From NCBI RefSeq assembly GCF_001194135.2, contig NC_068984.1, positions 11,862,266 to 11,926,265 of the forward strand: a stretch of 64,000 nt of DNA, given 5' to 3'. This DNA is from Octopus bimaculoides. Its lineage: Eukaryota. The first letter of the stretch is position 1; every line of letters begins with the position of its first letter. The position numbers and the translations under genes were made by a program. Shown here in pieces: positions 36,904-49,902 of the stretch. Under the pieces are notes generated by a model. It worked only from the letters and a program-made list of their open reading frames with translations, made no database searches and was not told the origin of the DNA.

Positions 36904-39290
36904 TTAATCTATACAGATGACTTCTTCTAGAATCTGGATGTCATCATCCTCATCTAAATCATTAGCTCTTGGGCTTTGACCAACCCTTTGAATTCTGATT
37001 TTGTTACTATTGTAAGCACTATGCCAATTTTTAGTCCTTTGTTGATTGAAATGTTTATTATGAGATACAGTTGTCTCTGGCTGGCTCCCTACCAGATCAT
37101 TGGCATAGTGTTTAGGGTTATGAGACTGCTCGACACGATTGATAACTTTGAGTGGACTACTTGTGCATATGTCAGGACTCCCTGAATGGAACTGCTTCAG
37201 CACCTGCTTCTCATGATGACCAACAGATTTAATAATTGGGGCATACACATGCTTTGGACTCACCTGTTGATCACATGCATTGGACAGGTAATTGTTGCTA
37301 TCGGAATAGTTTATGTTCTGATTCTGTTTGTTGTAGTTTACAATGACACGCATTGGTGAGTTCTCAACAGCATTAATGTTTGTATTGTTAATGTTCTGGT
37401 CATTAATGCGTGGATTATTGTGATCAAGTACTTGAAAGTGAGGAATGGACTGCATATGAGAGGGAGGGAACCTAAAACAGGCATCAGGTGGACACTGACA
37501 AGGACCACACCTACATATTGTACAACGAGTAATCCATGTCTGTTCGTCATCTTCAGAATCTGAAGATATGGTGTGGATAGACACATTGTCATCCCCTGCT
37601 TCATTCACATTTGGTGTGTTTGCTTGTGATTTGATTACAAGCTTCAATGGTTCTTGAGAGTTGGGTACAACACTATGAGATGAGGGCAATCCATGATTAG
37701 CAGCAATTTCTATGTTGGCTTGCTCCTGTGCAATGTTTGCGGAAGAGTCTCCACTAACTGGTATCATCATTAGCGATGACGACGATGGACAGTTTTGAGT
37801 TTCTGGAGGAATACATTTCATAAGAAACTGTGTGGTGACAGGACTGTTGGAAAGGTTGATGTAAGGTTGAGAACTGATGGGTTCAGTGTTTAATGATTTA
37901 ATAGGTTTATAAGGGTTCCTATAATGTTGAGAAGTTTGGTCTAATTTAGGAGGAGCATGATGATTAGTTAAGAATCTAGACAATTCTGCAGAATGCCTCA
38001 TTGGGAATGGGTGAGAGTCAGATAGGGGATGTTTTACTGAGGGAACAAACTGATGAACCCCAGGAAGAGATTTGGGTTTCGAGGTAGAATCGGCAGAGAA
38101 CACACTCTTATAGACTGTCATTGGATGAGGCAATTTTCGTACTTTTTTATGTACAGGACTACCAATTTTGTAATAATGATAACCTATTCGACGAACTGGT
38201 GTAGATTGTCTATTAGGTGGAAAAGATTTAGAAAACTTTTGAGGAGACCAAGGATACATGCTAGTAATGTTTTGAGAGTCCTTCAAGTACTCTCGTTTAG
38301 AAGTCCATAAAAGAATTTGATCATGTGTCAAAGGCTGGATGTTTACACGAGCGTCCCTTTTAGGAGCTGTCCATTTCTTAATCTCCTCTTCATCTAATCG
38401 GCGAAGACGCACACTACACATCTTTAAACTGCGTTTAAGCATGCGACTCTGTTTATTCAGTCCCGTCTGAACAAGTTTCATAAATTCTTTCCTTTGAGCT
38501 TTAGTAAATTTGTATTCATGACTATATTTTGTGTTAATTTTTTTAGAGTTTCTAAAAGTAATTGGATACGTAATTGGTCTGCTACGTAGTCTTTCTAAAG
38601 CATCATTTTTTTCTGGAGTTTTACAATACTGTTCAATATCAGGCAGAGCTTGCAGTGTGGTTTCTGCCTTGACATGCTTCTGAATTCGCAAGCCAAGTAG
38701 AGATGAAATGTCAATACAAAGCAATGAATTGGTTTTGGAACTCTTCTTGAAAGTATCGATCTCTTCAACTCCATTTCCAGTGGTGCTATAGCCACTGTCA
38801 CCATCACTTTCTTCTGTATTTGTCGGACACAAGCGTTTCCGATGGAGTCCAGGCTCTGCTTCCCGACTTAGCTGGGAGATCAGGGACTTTGGAGTGCGTG
38901 GAGAAGTTTGCTGAACAGAGTCCCGAGGTTCAACATCAATTATTTGGCAGTCAACATCTGTATTCTGTCCCAGTTTTAATTTGTCAGATTTAATTTTCTC
39001 AGCTTTGTGAGTTTGGACCAACTGGAAATATTTTAAGAAACCTTCTTTTGTAGATTTCTGGGAATCATCCTCATTCAACAAACTTGTAACTGGCCGTACA
39101 GGTTGTCCTGCATGTAATAGCAGCTTTTTGGAGGAACAAGAGGGAGCTGGTGGGGGCGGAGGAGTTCGCATACCAGGCTGATTATCTGGACGGTGACTGC
39201 AGGCATTTTGGTGAATGCGCATTGCATCTTTATTAGTGAATTCTCTTTCACAGTGATAACAAATGTATATCTCCATGAAACCTGTACAGC
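36904..39290 (-). CDS. gene B terminal coding exon (2387 nt): C2HC-type zinc finger, low-complexity nuclear-type protein
   Basis: 790-aa stop-free frame; acceptor cttctatcttcag at 39291 in phase 1; YICYHCEREF...MRIHQNAC; ends DDDIQILEEVICID*. Confidence 0.95.
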
Positions 39291-39639
39291 CTGAAGATAG
39301 AAGTAAAAAGACAGCTTTAAACTAATAAGAAAATACACACAAATACATACAAATGTGAAATCAATTCAATACATTCATAGTTATACATAAAATAAATTTA
39401 CATTTTCATCTGAAGGTGCTGCTAGTCAACAAATCTTAATTTAGTATTTTCATTTTTTAATCTACACATCAAAAACTCATGTGAGACCGAATAGCTAAAA
39501 TTTAATGACTAGTTTCAGTCGCTATGCTGGGGCACAGCTTTCAAAAGTTTTAGTTGATCACATAAATGCCTGTACCTATTTTATAGATCTCTTTTTGCTG
39601 AACCATTAAGTTACAGACATAAAGAGCAACACTGGTTTT

Positions 39640-39815
39640 TAGACTGATGTTGTGTGTGTGAAATAAACACACACACACACACACACACGACAGGCTTCTG
39701 CCCAGTTTCCGTCTACTATACCCCACTCACAAGGTATAGATCAAGCTGCGCTTTATAAGATATATACCCAAGATAGAGAGACAGTGAACTTAAACCACAT
39801 GGCCATACCTGCACC
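39640..39815 (-). mobile_element. degenerate SINE family A head
   Basis: (CA)n-gacaggcttctgcccagtttccgtctac...aaccacatggccatacctgcacc. Confidence 0.6.
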
Positions 39816-40019
39816 TGATCAACATATTAAATCACTTGAAACACATCAAATCAATCATGTGTACTCAACTTACTCTCCAGAAAAGTTAGATGAACATGTC
39901 CTACTCATAAGTTTCATTTTTTGGCTTGTATTCTACAACCTGATGCCCTTCCTATCAGCAAGCAGCACTTCAAAAGGCACCTAGTACAGAGTATTTTGAG
40001 TGCATTTATTATGGCATCT

Positions 40020-40340
40020 GATTAGGGAGGTTGTAACATTCTCAATGTAGGCCTCTTGGACCTACATCATCTCCACTTGTTTGGCAATAACTCTCTCTAC
40101 AAATGGTTAGCATCTTGAAAAACATTGAAAGGGATCATTCCTGTTAATTAGGGTCTTTCAAAATACTTTATATGTGGAGACCCTACTCAATGTATATTTA
40201 GCATGTACAACACTCCACTCAACTCTATTGCTGATATTTATAATCAGTATCAATACATTTCTTATTTCTCAATATACTTAGTAGAATATGCTTCCCTGAG
40301 GAGATGTAATAACAAACTCAAAACAGGTCCATCACAGCAC
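40020..40340 (+). mobile_element. possible Penelope-like element 3' remnant with decayed hammerhead
   Basis: CTGAGGA GA...TC AAAA CAGG TC at 40296-40329; weak protein similarity upstream. Confidence 0.35.
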
Positions 40341-41159
40341 CGATTGGTTTAAATATAAGATTTGCACCTATCATCATCTTTTCATTTTTCAAAAATTTGG
40401 TTTAACTGATATTGGAGTTATCTCCCTTACTTGCTGTTTCAGATTTTAAACACATTTACAGTAGAAGTATTTTTGTCTTGTAATTTATATAAAACATGGG
40501 GCAGTGGAGTCAGAGCTGTAGAGAGCTTAGAGTCCAGTCATGGAGTATGGTTCAGTAAACATGTACTGGCTCCAGTTTTAACTAAAAATATGAAATGTAA
40601 TATAAATGCACTAAAAATTCCAATTTAAATTTTAATATAAAGAAATCAGACTTAAAGGATTCGATAAAAGAAGATCTAATAGCAATAATTCACACAATAA
40701 AACAACTCTTTTATAAATTTGGTAAGAATAAGCCTTTCAATCCTTTGGTATGATTTTTATTTCATTTTAAGTAATCTTTCACGTTAACTTCTCTTCAAAT
40801 TTATATTCCAACAAAGCTTTAACCTCAAAAGAACAGTTGAGTAAATATTTCATTTAAAATGATCAATTGCTAAGTTGCTTAAATTTTTAACTTCAGATTT
40901 TGGAACTAGCAGGCCTGATGTTTTTTCATAGTATATTAATAGTTTATTTCTTTTACATGCGTTTTACTTTACTTTGCCTTTTTAATTTTCTAAATTCCGT
41001 CTTGTGTTTAATTGCTTTAAGTAAATATTAAAAAGAAAAGCCATGGCAGAGCTATGGTCTTTAAATCTAAACAGTTTAGACTGCTAAAAAGTAGCCTTAT
41101 GATTCATATTGGGCAGAACTGTTATGTGCTTTCAATCAACATAAGAAATATCACATGAC

Positions 41160-41425
41160 TGACAAGACTATCAGACGTTATACATCACTGGTCACAATAC
41201 ACTTTGCATCGATATAGCTTTTGAATGATGCCACCCTGCTGGCTGGGTGAGCAGGCCAACATCCCACCTGATTGGAAGGCTACCCATTTACAGTTGAGTG
41301 AACTGGAGCAATATGAAATAAAGTGTTTCGTTCAAGAACACAATCTGCTGCTTGGTCTAGAAATCAAACCCACAATCTAGCAATCGCGAATGCAACACCC
41401 TAACCATTAAGCCATGCGCTCTCAC
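41160..41425 (-). mobile_element. CORE-type SINE
   Basis: tttacagttgagtgaactggagcaatatgaaataaagtg...caagaacacaa is the reverse of a CORE-like domain; tRNA-like head at right. Confidence 0.65.
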
Positions 41426-41657
41426 ATAAAAAAATATGATTACAATGATTACAAATAGACAAGAGTGAGTTGAAAATGTTGTGTGCCAACTGCACAGTAT
41501 GTTGAATTTTTAACTTATTACACAAATATGTATATGTATTATACTTTTACCAGAAGAGGAGTGACAGCCAACTGCATAAAAGTATAATTAATCTATACTC
41601 TACAAAAAACTGAGTAATTCTTCAGTTTAATGTTAAATTGCTTTTATTGTAACTTGA

Positions 41658-41689
<32 letters not shown>

Positions 41690-42376
41690 CAAAATCAAAA
41701 AACAAACATTAATGTAAATTTAACTCTTCAATTAATTGAGATGATTCTTATAATTAAAAGACAATAATTCCAAGAGGTATTTATAATCTAAAAGGCAGCA
41801 ACCAAAATAATTCCCAATATCAGTTAATCCTAATTGTTGGAAAATAGAGACAATGTACTTTGGAGTGAATCTTGTTTTTTATTTTCCAAAATTTTGAATT
41901 AGTTGATGTTATTAGAGTAATCACCCTTACTTGCTGTTCTTCAGATTTGAAATATTCTTAGATGAAGATTTCAGCAACCTATATTACCTACATAAGCTCT
42001 ATAACATGTATGTATGTATGTACTTATTTTATCTATCTACATACATGCATGCATACACACATCAATCATTATTTTTATGTCAGCTTTCCATGCTGGCATG
42101 GGTTAGACAAGTTGTCACAATTCAAGTCATCTCCTATTGGGAGCCACTGCATCCATAGACTGATACTCAGACATCTTGGTTTCTGCATAGTTACTGCCAA
42201 CCAAATTTCACTTACACAGTATTGTATGACACGTGCCCAAGGTACCATTGCAATGTAATTGAAGCACATGGCTGCTAAGCGAATTTCTGAACCCCACAAA
42301 AATACCTGTACTCAGATAAACTCATTAGGAAAAATAATTTCTAACCAAATAATTCAAATTAAATACTTCAACTTAC

Positions 42377-42443
42377 CAGTTAAATCTTGATTATTGCAAC
42401 TAGAGGCAGAATCCCAGGGATTTGGTACCTTGCCAATATCTTC
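42377..42443 (-). CDS. gene B coding exon 3 (EDIGKVPNPWDSASSCNNQDLT-G)
   Basis: Acceptor ttgtaattacag and donor gtaagt; 67 nt, phase 0 to 1, joins the terminal exon in frame. Confidence 0.8.
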
Positions 42444-43259
42444 CTGTAATTACAAGTTAATTGAATTAAAATAAATTTTAAACCAAAGATTGTTGAAAAT
42501 ATATTTGTACATACTTTTACATCATGAAACAATTATGGAGTAACAAGTGAATTAGATAATTTAATGCTTAATCAGCATGGAAAAACACACATTAAATGAC
42601 GGTGGATAATATATTTTTTTTTAATAATCAGAGAATTTCTCATATGGACTTGTGGTGCATATAAAAACTCATGTTCATATTGCCAGCAGGAGATAATCAA
42701 CACTGGAGTTACAAATTACCAGTGGGCTCATTAAAAAATAATTATTAGTGACAGAAGCAGCCTTAATACTGAAAGGTAATACTTATCCCCACCAGAGCCT
42801 GACTAGGCACCAAGATCCTATCTATATTGCTGACAGAGACGTGTACAAGGGTCAAGGAAGGCCAAAATCACCTTATCTGGTAGTCCCAGCGGCAAATTGC
42901 AGACAATTCTATCCCACTAGCAGTATAAACATGAGTGCTTATATGCACCTCAACTCCATGAGAGATTCTTTCATGGTAAATAACATAGTATTTTGTGTTC
43001 TAATACAACATCCACTTTTACGGAGGAATAAATTTATTTTTAAATTGGTTCAATCTGTAATAATTGTATAATATTAATATAAGCAATTTAACTTGTACCC
43101 AACAATATGTTAGGATGCTGTTTTGATTTAATTTCATTTATCAACGTAATTACATGTAAAAGACATTCTTTTAAATGCTTAGAAAGCTCACTTTAAGTAG
43201 TTAATAGCTTTTGCTAACTAGATAACTTAATCAGCAGTGGAAGCTGGTGTTCTGAAAGC

Positions 43260-43565
43260 ACAGAAGCTAATGTAAGATACAAAGTAGAAAAAGTTTAGGG
43301 AGCTGTTACCTCAGCTAGTAACAAAGGGTTTCTCCTCGCCCCTCTCAGAACGAGAACCAGTTTGTGTGGAGAATAATGACGATTTGAAAAAGATAGGAAA
43401 AAATGGAAGCACCACTGGATATGTAAATATTAGTCTGCATAAATTAAGTAGAACTGAAAGAAAATCTGGATAGAAAAGGAATCAGATGTAGTGTGCAAGA
43501 GAGAGAACTGCACTGTTATGGACATCTGATGCATACGGAGCATGATAAATGCATGAAGTGCAGGG
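43260..43565 (+). mobile_element. degraded RTE LINE ORF fragment
   Basis: ELLPQLVTKGFS and QERELHCYGHLMHTEHDKCMKC resemble QERRLRWYGHVMRM.E..CVKKC. Confidence 0.7.
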
Positions 43566-44094
43566 CAATCTCACTAACATCTCTTTTCTCATTACTCCTT
43601 CCATCACTTTCTCACATCCCTCACCTGTCTCATTTCTATTGCTCTTTTTCTTCCCCTATCCACCATTCATGCTGTTTTCCTATTCCAATTCCTTACCCAT
43701 AACCAACATGTAGCTGCGTCCATTTAACAAACCATTCAAAGTACTCAAGCATATGAATCATAAAACCAAACATGCTTAACTTTCACAACTTCCAAAACAC
43801 TACTTGCTTGCTTCAACTGAAATCAGCATACATCAATACAGATAATCAAACCCTGCTTACTTTAACCTCCAGATCTGACAATCTCATTACTCAAGGACTC
43901 ACATGACACTTAACCAAAGTTGGAGAAGAACTATGTAGTTAGGTTTCAGCTTGGTTTAGCTTTAATCTCTTATAAATATTGTAGTGACTTTACTTCACTC
44001 CTCAGAAGAAACCCAAGCATTTGAATTTTTAGTGCCTTCATTGAAATGTCAACTTAATTGTCAGCAACTAACTTGTAAATGGTAGTCTGCTTAC

Positions 44095-44165
44095 CAACCT
44101 ACCAGCAACCATTGTTACCAACCTACCAGCAAAAATTGTCACCAATCTACCAGCAACCATTAGTC
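44095..44165. repeat. 24-bp minisatellite, about 3 copies
   Basis: ccaacctaccagcaaccattgtta / ccaacctaccagcaaaaattgtca / ccaatctaccagcaaccattagt. Confidence 0.85.
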
Positions 44166-47100
44166 TACATTGTTGCCTGATGGTTCTAGTCATCAAGTAA
44201 CCCATTCTACTGATTTTTCAGCAAGTCTTGAAATTTACTTCAAATTACAGCTTTTTATCAGAGCCAAAATCCATAACAGTAATTGCCTTTTATGCTTTCA
44301 GTATGCATAAAATAATATGGGATCATCACACACACGTGTTTATCGGCTTATCTTCAAATGTATGTTATCTTCTCATTATCATTAAATTATAGCTGTCTTC
44401 AATGGTGATAAGAATTATTAAATAGGTTAGCAACACATATCCCTTCTGTCCTTCTCAAGGTTTCCTTTTCTCTACAAACTCAAGCCTTTACATTAGTTAC
44501 TCTCTACTAAGAAGTAACAAAAAAACAATTACTAATTATATTCCCACTATTTCCCCATTTATTAATTATGTCACCATTTATGTGAAGTAATTAGTATTGA
44601 TGTGATAGAATTTATCTATAACTTCTAACAAACAAGCTCCAACTGCTACTTCAAAAATTCTGTTTTATTGTGAGCCTACCAGAGATCCCACACAACGTCT
44701 TACGTATTTTCACAAGTTCCTCAGTATTCTTCTATTACATATGACAGGAAACCATTTCCCCAATGACATTGAACGATTTTGCTCCCTTAACATGATTTGT
44801 ATTCTAGTTACTGATGTACTTTTTTTAAAAAAGCCTTTTGACTCTAAACCACTCTTGCATGAGTCATGTAAATGAAATCATTAAAACAAAATTATAGAGC
44901 ACTTTTACTGAAATAAGCAATAATGTGCATGTTCTATGACATAAGCTTGGACAAATATTTGTGAGGTGTAGAATTAATCTATAGAACAACTTTGCACTAG
45001 CTTGCCTTATGATATAAAGTTATGCAATGCAGCTCTATATGAGATTATAACACAAGAACCCCAGTGGACTTTCACATTATGTGGCACAGCAAACATTGCT
45101 GATAAAGAGTAAAAAATGTGTCATACATTCTCACACTATACACAATTCTAGTTCAAATCAGGTCAACATTTGACATTCCTTGATTAAAAAGGCTGGCCTT
45201 GAAATCTTTACCAAGATATTCAATGTATCAGTTTTCTATACTTTAGGTGGCATTTTGTGGACAACAGTCATTGCTTATAGGTTCTGAACAGGCCCATCAC
45301 TGGTTCACTGCATTTGTGATGGCAGATGTCCATGTCACTTGAGCAGAACCAATATGACAATGTATTTCATTTGAAAGCATCAGTTTATTGGTTATTTGAC
45401 CAAATGTTTAAACATTCACTGATAATCACATGCATATAAATATATGACAGTTTACATCCACAACAAAAATTCTGACTATCAAATCTCAATCGTAAATCAT
45501 TGGCCAACTTGAGGCTATGGCTCCTACATAGACGATCAAACCCAGAATAATGTGGTTGTCAAGTAAATTTTTAAACCACCCAGCCATGCTAGCATCCGTG
45601 TAGTTAGAAGTTAGATAGATTTCACAACATGGATGTGTTGATGGAGACCATGACACATTTTCAATTTTTACTTCTAGAAAAGTATTTCTTCATTCCACCT
45701 TTTTCTATTTCTCAATTCTCATGAATAATGAGAAATCATTATTATTACCATCAAAACCAGAGTCATAATTTTAATTAAGAATTAATCAACAAAGAGATAA
45801 TAGAATGTCACTCTTAATATAAAGATCAACTGAGTCTTTAAAAAGGTGACTGATAATAGTCTTAAGAAAGGTGATTGATAATGTACATTGGGTCAAGTAT
45901 CTAGTTTTTCACTTAAATATAATCAAAACAGCTTTTATATAAACTTCTTTCCCCTTTCAGTACTGCACATACATGACTTTTTGGATTTTATTAAAAGAGA
46001 ATAGTTGTTAAAATAAGAGTCTTTGAAATAAAGCAAATAAGTTTGGTCAACTGCATTTATTAAGATATAAACTCTTATCATGCATGATAACTGACAATGG
46101 GTGAATTCACAACTCGAACAAAATAATATGCATGTATAGGTGCACGAATATGTTCATAAGGAAACATGACATGTCTAAATATGCTATAACAGTCATGCCA
46201 CTTGTCATGGCCCTTTGCAGTTTTCTTCATAGGGTTCAATATCCTGAGATAAGCTGCTAGACACTTCTTTATCCAACTGTCGTCACCCTACATACACATC
46301 ACTTATCCACACCATCACAGTCTTCTTTTTTGCACACAACAGTCAATTTCTCTAAAACATTGTCTGTCTCTCAACTCCTTTGTGCTTTGTTATTCATTCA
46401 CACAAACATTGAACATCTAATGGAGCATACCTGCCTCATTTCTTTCCAGCTTTTGCACACACTCTGCATTCAAAGTTTATGTTTGGAAACCATGCAATAG
46501 CATACTTTCTACACAAACATTTTATTCTGCTTTTAACTTGGAGTAATAATCCTTTCATTATCAGCAGAGGCAACAGTTCCTTGAAATTAATTCTTTTTCC
46601 TTACTCAGGCTATTATGCTTTTGGACACCCATCGCCACCCAGTAGTAGTAGAAGCAGTCAGGGAACCAGGAGCCTTCTAAACATCTGAAAGAATTTATTT
46701 CACAGGTGCTCTTACTGTTAACTAATCCTGGGGTTTTGCAACTTACAAAATCCCTCTACTGCAGATTTTAAAAGATCTGGAACATTACTATTTAACTGTG
46801 ATTTTCAACTATTATATTAACATAAGATTTTCTTTTGCCTAGAGATGGCTTATTGGAACAGTTTATATAAAATTGTAATACATGAAAATATTTTGGAGGG
46901 CTTAAAGGTAATCAAATGAACTCAAGTGGGAAAATAATTTTTTTAATTAATGAAGCAAACAGAAAATGCTATAATTTGTAAAAGTTAGGAGAAGTGAGTT
47001 CCAAAAGATCAGTTCTCACTTCTCTTTACAATCCATAAACTTTCCCAAACCTAACCATCACTAGTTTCTCTTAACTAGACTTTTTTTATCTGTATTTTTT

Positions 47101-47354
47101 TCTTTAAAAATCATTCATTAATCGAATGAAATAGTTAAGTAAAATCTGAAAATTTTAAAGAGATTTTTCTGAAGTGGAAGTTACATAATCAACAGGCATG
47201 AATGAATGATGCAATAAAATGATTCAACTTCAAAAATGATCAAATTATTTATTTTTCTATTAATACTGGTTTCGTTTGGAAGGAGAGGCTGCATCCATAG
47301 CCTTTACATGTGAAATTGATATTAACATTAAAATAATAAAAAAAAGTTCCTTAC

Positions 47355-47522
47355 CCAACTTTTTCTTTCATTGATAACAAGCTCACAAGGCATAAAACTG
47401 AGTGGAATTGACGAAGTGGGTACTTTAGGCTGAGTTGGAGAGTATGTGTCGTCATGTAGCAAATTTTCCCTTCCAAAGCAACTGTAGCAGTTCCTGAGGA
47501 GTTCCACCTCAGCCCAAGGTGA
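47355..47522 (-). CDS. gene B coding exon 2 (SPWAEVELLRNCYSCFGRENLLH...FMPCELVINERKSW)
   Basis: Strong acceptor ttatctttttttag and donor gtaagg; 168 nt, phase 0 to 0. Confidence 0.8.
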
Positions 47523-48619
47523 CTAAAAAAAAGATAAAAAAACATTTGTTATTTTACAAAATAGATATAGATTTATTAATTCTTAAGAAGGTCTATCAAC
47601 TATTAATCAGCCCCCGCAAAGACTATTGTTTATAAATTCAGGCTTCTCATAAAGCAATAACCAAGAATTTGGAGAAATTTACTTTCTGAATCAATTACAG
47701 CATGGAATACAGAAATTGGCCATTTAAAAATGCACAAAGACAGTCTTAGTGAAGTTAACTTCACAAACATGTACCTCCCACATTATAATCATTTTAGTTT
47801 CAACCAAAACAGAGAGGCTGATTCACACACTAAATACTTGTATAGTAAAATACCTTCATCTTAATTCCTTTTTTTGACCCTGGCATCTATAACTTCCATA
47901 TCACCTCTAATGCACTCTTATGGTGAACATACCACTCCTCAGTCTCCCTGATCTTTTTCAATTGTAAACATCTTCACTCCTGGCAAACTACATCTCCTTT
48001 CCATTACAGAATTTTAAACATATTTCTGAAATATGATTAAACAATTCCCCTTAATGTTTACAGAATAAAAAGTTAATGCCCATGAACAAAGCACAGCTAA
48101 AGAACTGCGATACACATCAACAAAGCATGACTAAAAATCTCTACACAGGTTTGACTATAACTTGACAAAGGATGGCTAACCTATGGCACACTGCAGATCT
48201 GTTCATAATAGTTCAATACATGTTTGATACTTGCTACACCTTGACATAGCAAACAGTTCCAATCCATTGCAGCCTTTTCCCAGTCAGTTTACAGCTTACT
48301 CTTTATGGTACAGAGTTGTGCTTAAAGCTTTGTTTATATTTTAACCACGGTGCAAAAGTAAAGCAGTCAGTGATAGTAAGCGTGAATTCAATGAGGTAAA
48401 ATGATCTATTATTTCTGATAGATCCTTTAAGGTGCATTGTTTGTGAAAATCGTTCCACACATAATAATAAACAATAAAAAAACATGACATCAGGACTGAA
48501 ACAGAATGAAAAGAAGTGGAGATAGTGCCTGTGTCTGAGTTATGGAAAGGATACATGATTAAGAAAAATTTGTAAGGCTTTGCTTTCAAATATTTGCAAG
48601 ATACCTTAATGATTCAAAG

Positions 48620-49730
48620 AAAAGAACACAAGACTGTGCTGGTCAAAGCCAACAGTTACACTAACAACTCTCTTACGGATCATAATCGGGTGAAAAACCT
48701 TCTCTGTGCTTCTGCTTTTATGTAAATTTCAGTAAACTCATAGAGATGATAAGTTTGCTTGAAAAATTGTTTAGACTGTCCTCCATTAAAATATGACTAT
48801 GGTATACACAAAGAGTTATTCAATGGAAAATTTAAACTTGCAGTCTGTTATGTCAATGGTTATGAGATACGTGAATAAAATTACAGCAGGAGAAGTGAAA
48901 GGTGAGAATTCAGAGAATATTGCAAAATATTTGATTTGGAATATGACAATCTAGTCCTGTATTGAGGTGCACTGGTTTTCTATGGGATAAGTTCTGAGCA
49001 GATTTTGGAAATTAGAAAGTATTATTCAAAATTTTCTAGAAGTGAAAAATAAGAACTCCACTCTGCCTTTTAATATGATACACTGGCCATTTGATTTAGC
49101 ATATTTAGTTTGATGTAACCAGTCATTTCAATGATTAAATACGAAATTGCACAGCGAGAACAGTTTAACTTAGTAATTGATATCAATGCTTTCAAAATGA
49201 AATCTAAACCATTCATCTCTCAATCAAAATAATGTACTGCGAATAATAGCTGTTTTACAAAACATGTTGACAATGCATGAGTCATTTTGATAAAGCCGAA
49301 GACTGCAGACTTGCATTTAAACCCAATTCCATTTAGAGAACAAAATGAAAATGCTTAGTAACATGGAAATGGAACTTCTAGAGTCAAAAAACAAATTCAT
49401 TAGAAAATTAAATCTGACAAACTTTCATTGATCCCGAATGTTGTCACTGAAATTCTGGTAAACATTTTTTGGAACTAAGAAAATTTACTCAGTTACATTT
49501 GTTGTTTCAGAATAATGTAAGATATGAACAAATATTTTCATCCATTAAACTAATGAAAATACAAAGTAAGGTCAGAGTTGACTAACTCAAATCTGAGTAA
49601 TTCTCTGCTGTTTGCAATAGCTAATTTAACTCCAAACAGCTTAGTGAAATCAGAACAGACTCAAAAGTCTCTTTAAAACATATTTTATACAAGAACTCAA
49701 GCATTAAAAATTTGGCACATGGGCCATATC
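48620..49730 (+). mobile_element. decayed hAT (Buster/Charlie-like) transposase
   Basis: EVHWFSMG*VLSRFW (EVRWLSRG motif) near 48963; DLAYL near 49092; YEQIFSSIK...RLTNSNL dimerisation-domain remnant near 49520-49600; many stops. Confidence 0.75.
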
Positions 49731-49850
49731 TAAACAATACATCTTAAAAGCGGATCAAAAGCTATTTCCTATCGTATGACCGTTATTTGGCTGTCTTGTT
49801 TCTGTTTTATCATTACTATATCATTTACTCTACATGCTATGTGTCTTCAC

Positions 49851-49902
<52 letters not shown>

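Noticed and set aside
41930-41977. 48-nt candidate coding exon of gene B
   Set aside because: No acceptor choice gives phase 1 to phase 1 without a stop, so it cannot sit between exons 3 and 4 alone.
44095-44200. Minisatellite read as exon MVAGRLVTIFAGRLVTMVAGRL with a GTAAGC donor
   Set aside because: No usable acceptor, an upstream in-frame stop, and the periodicity is explained by the tandem repeat.
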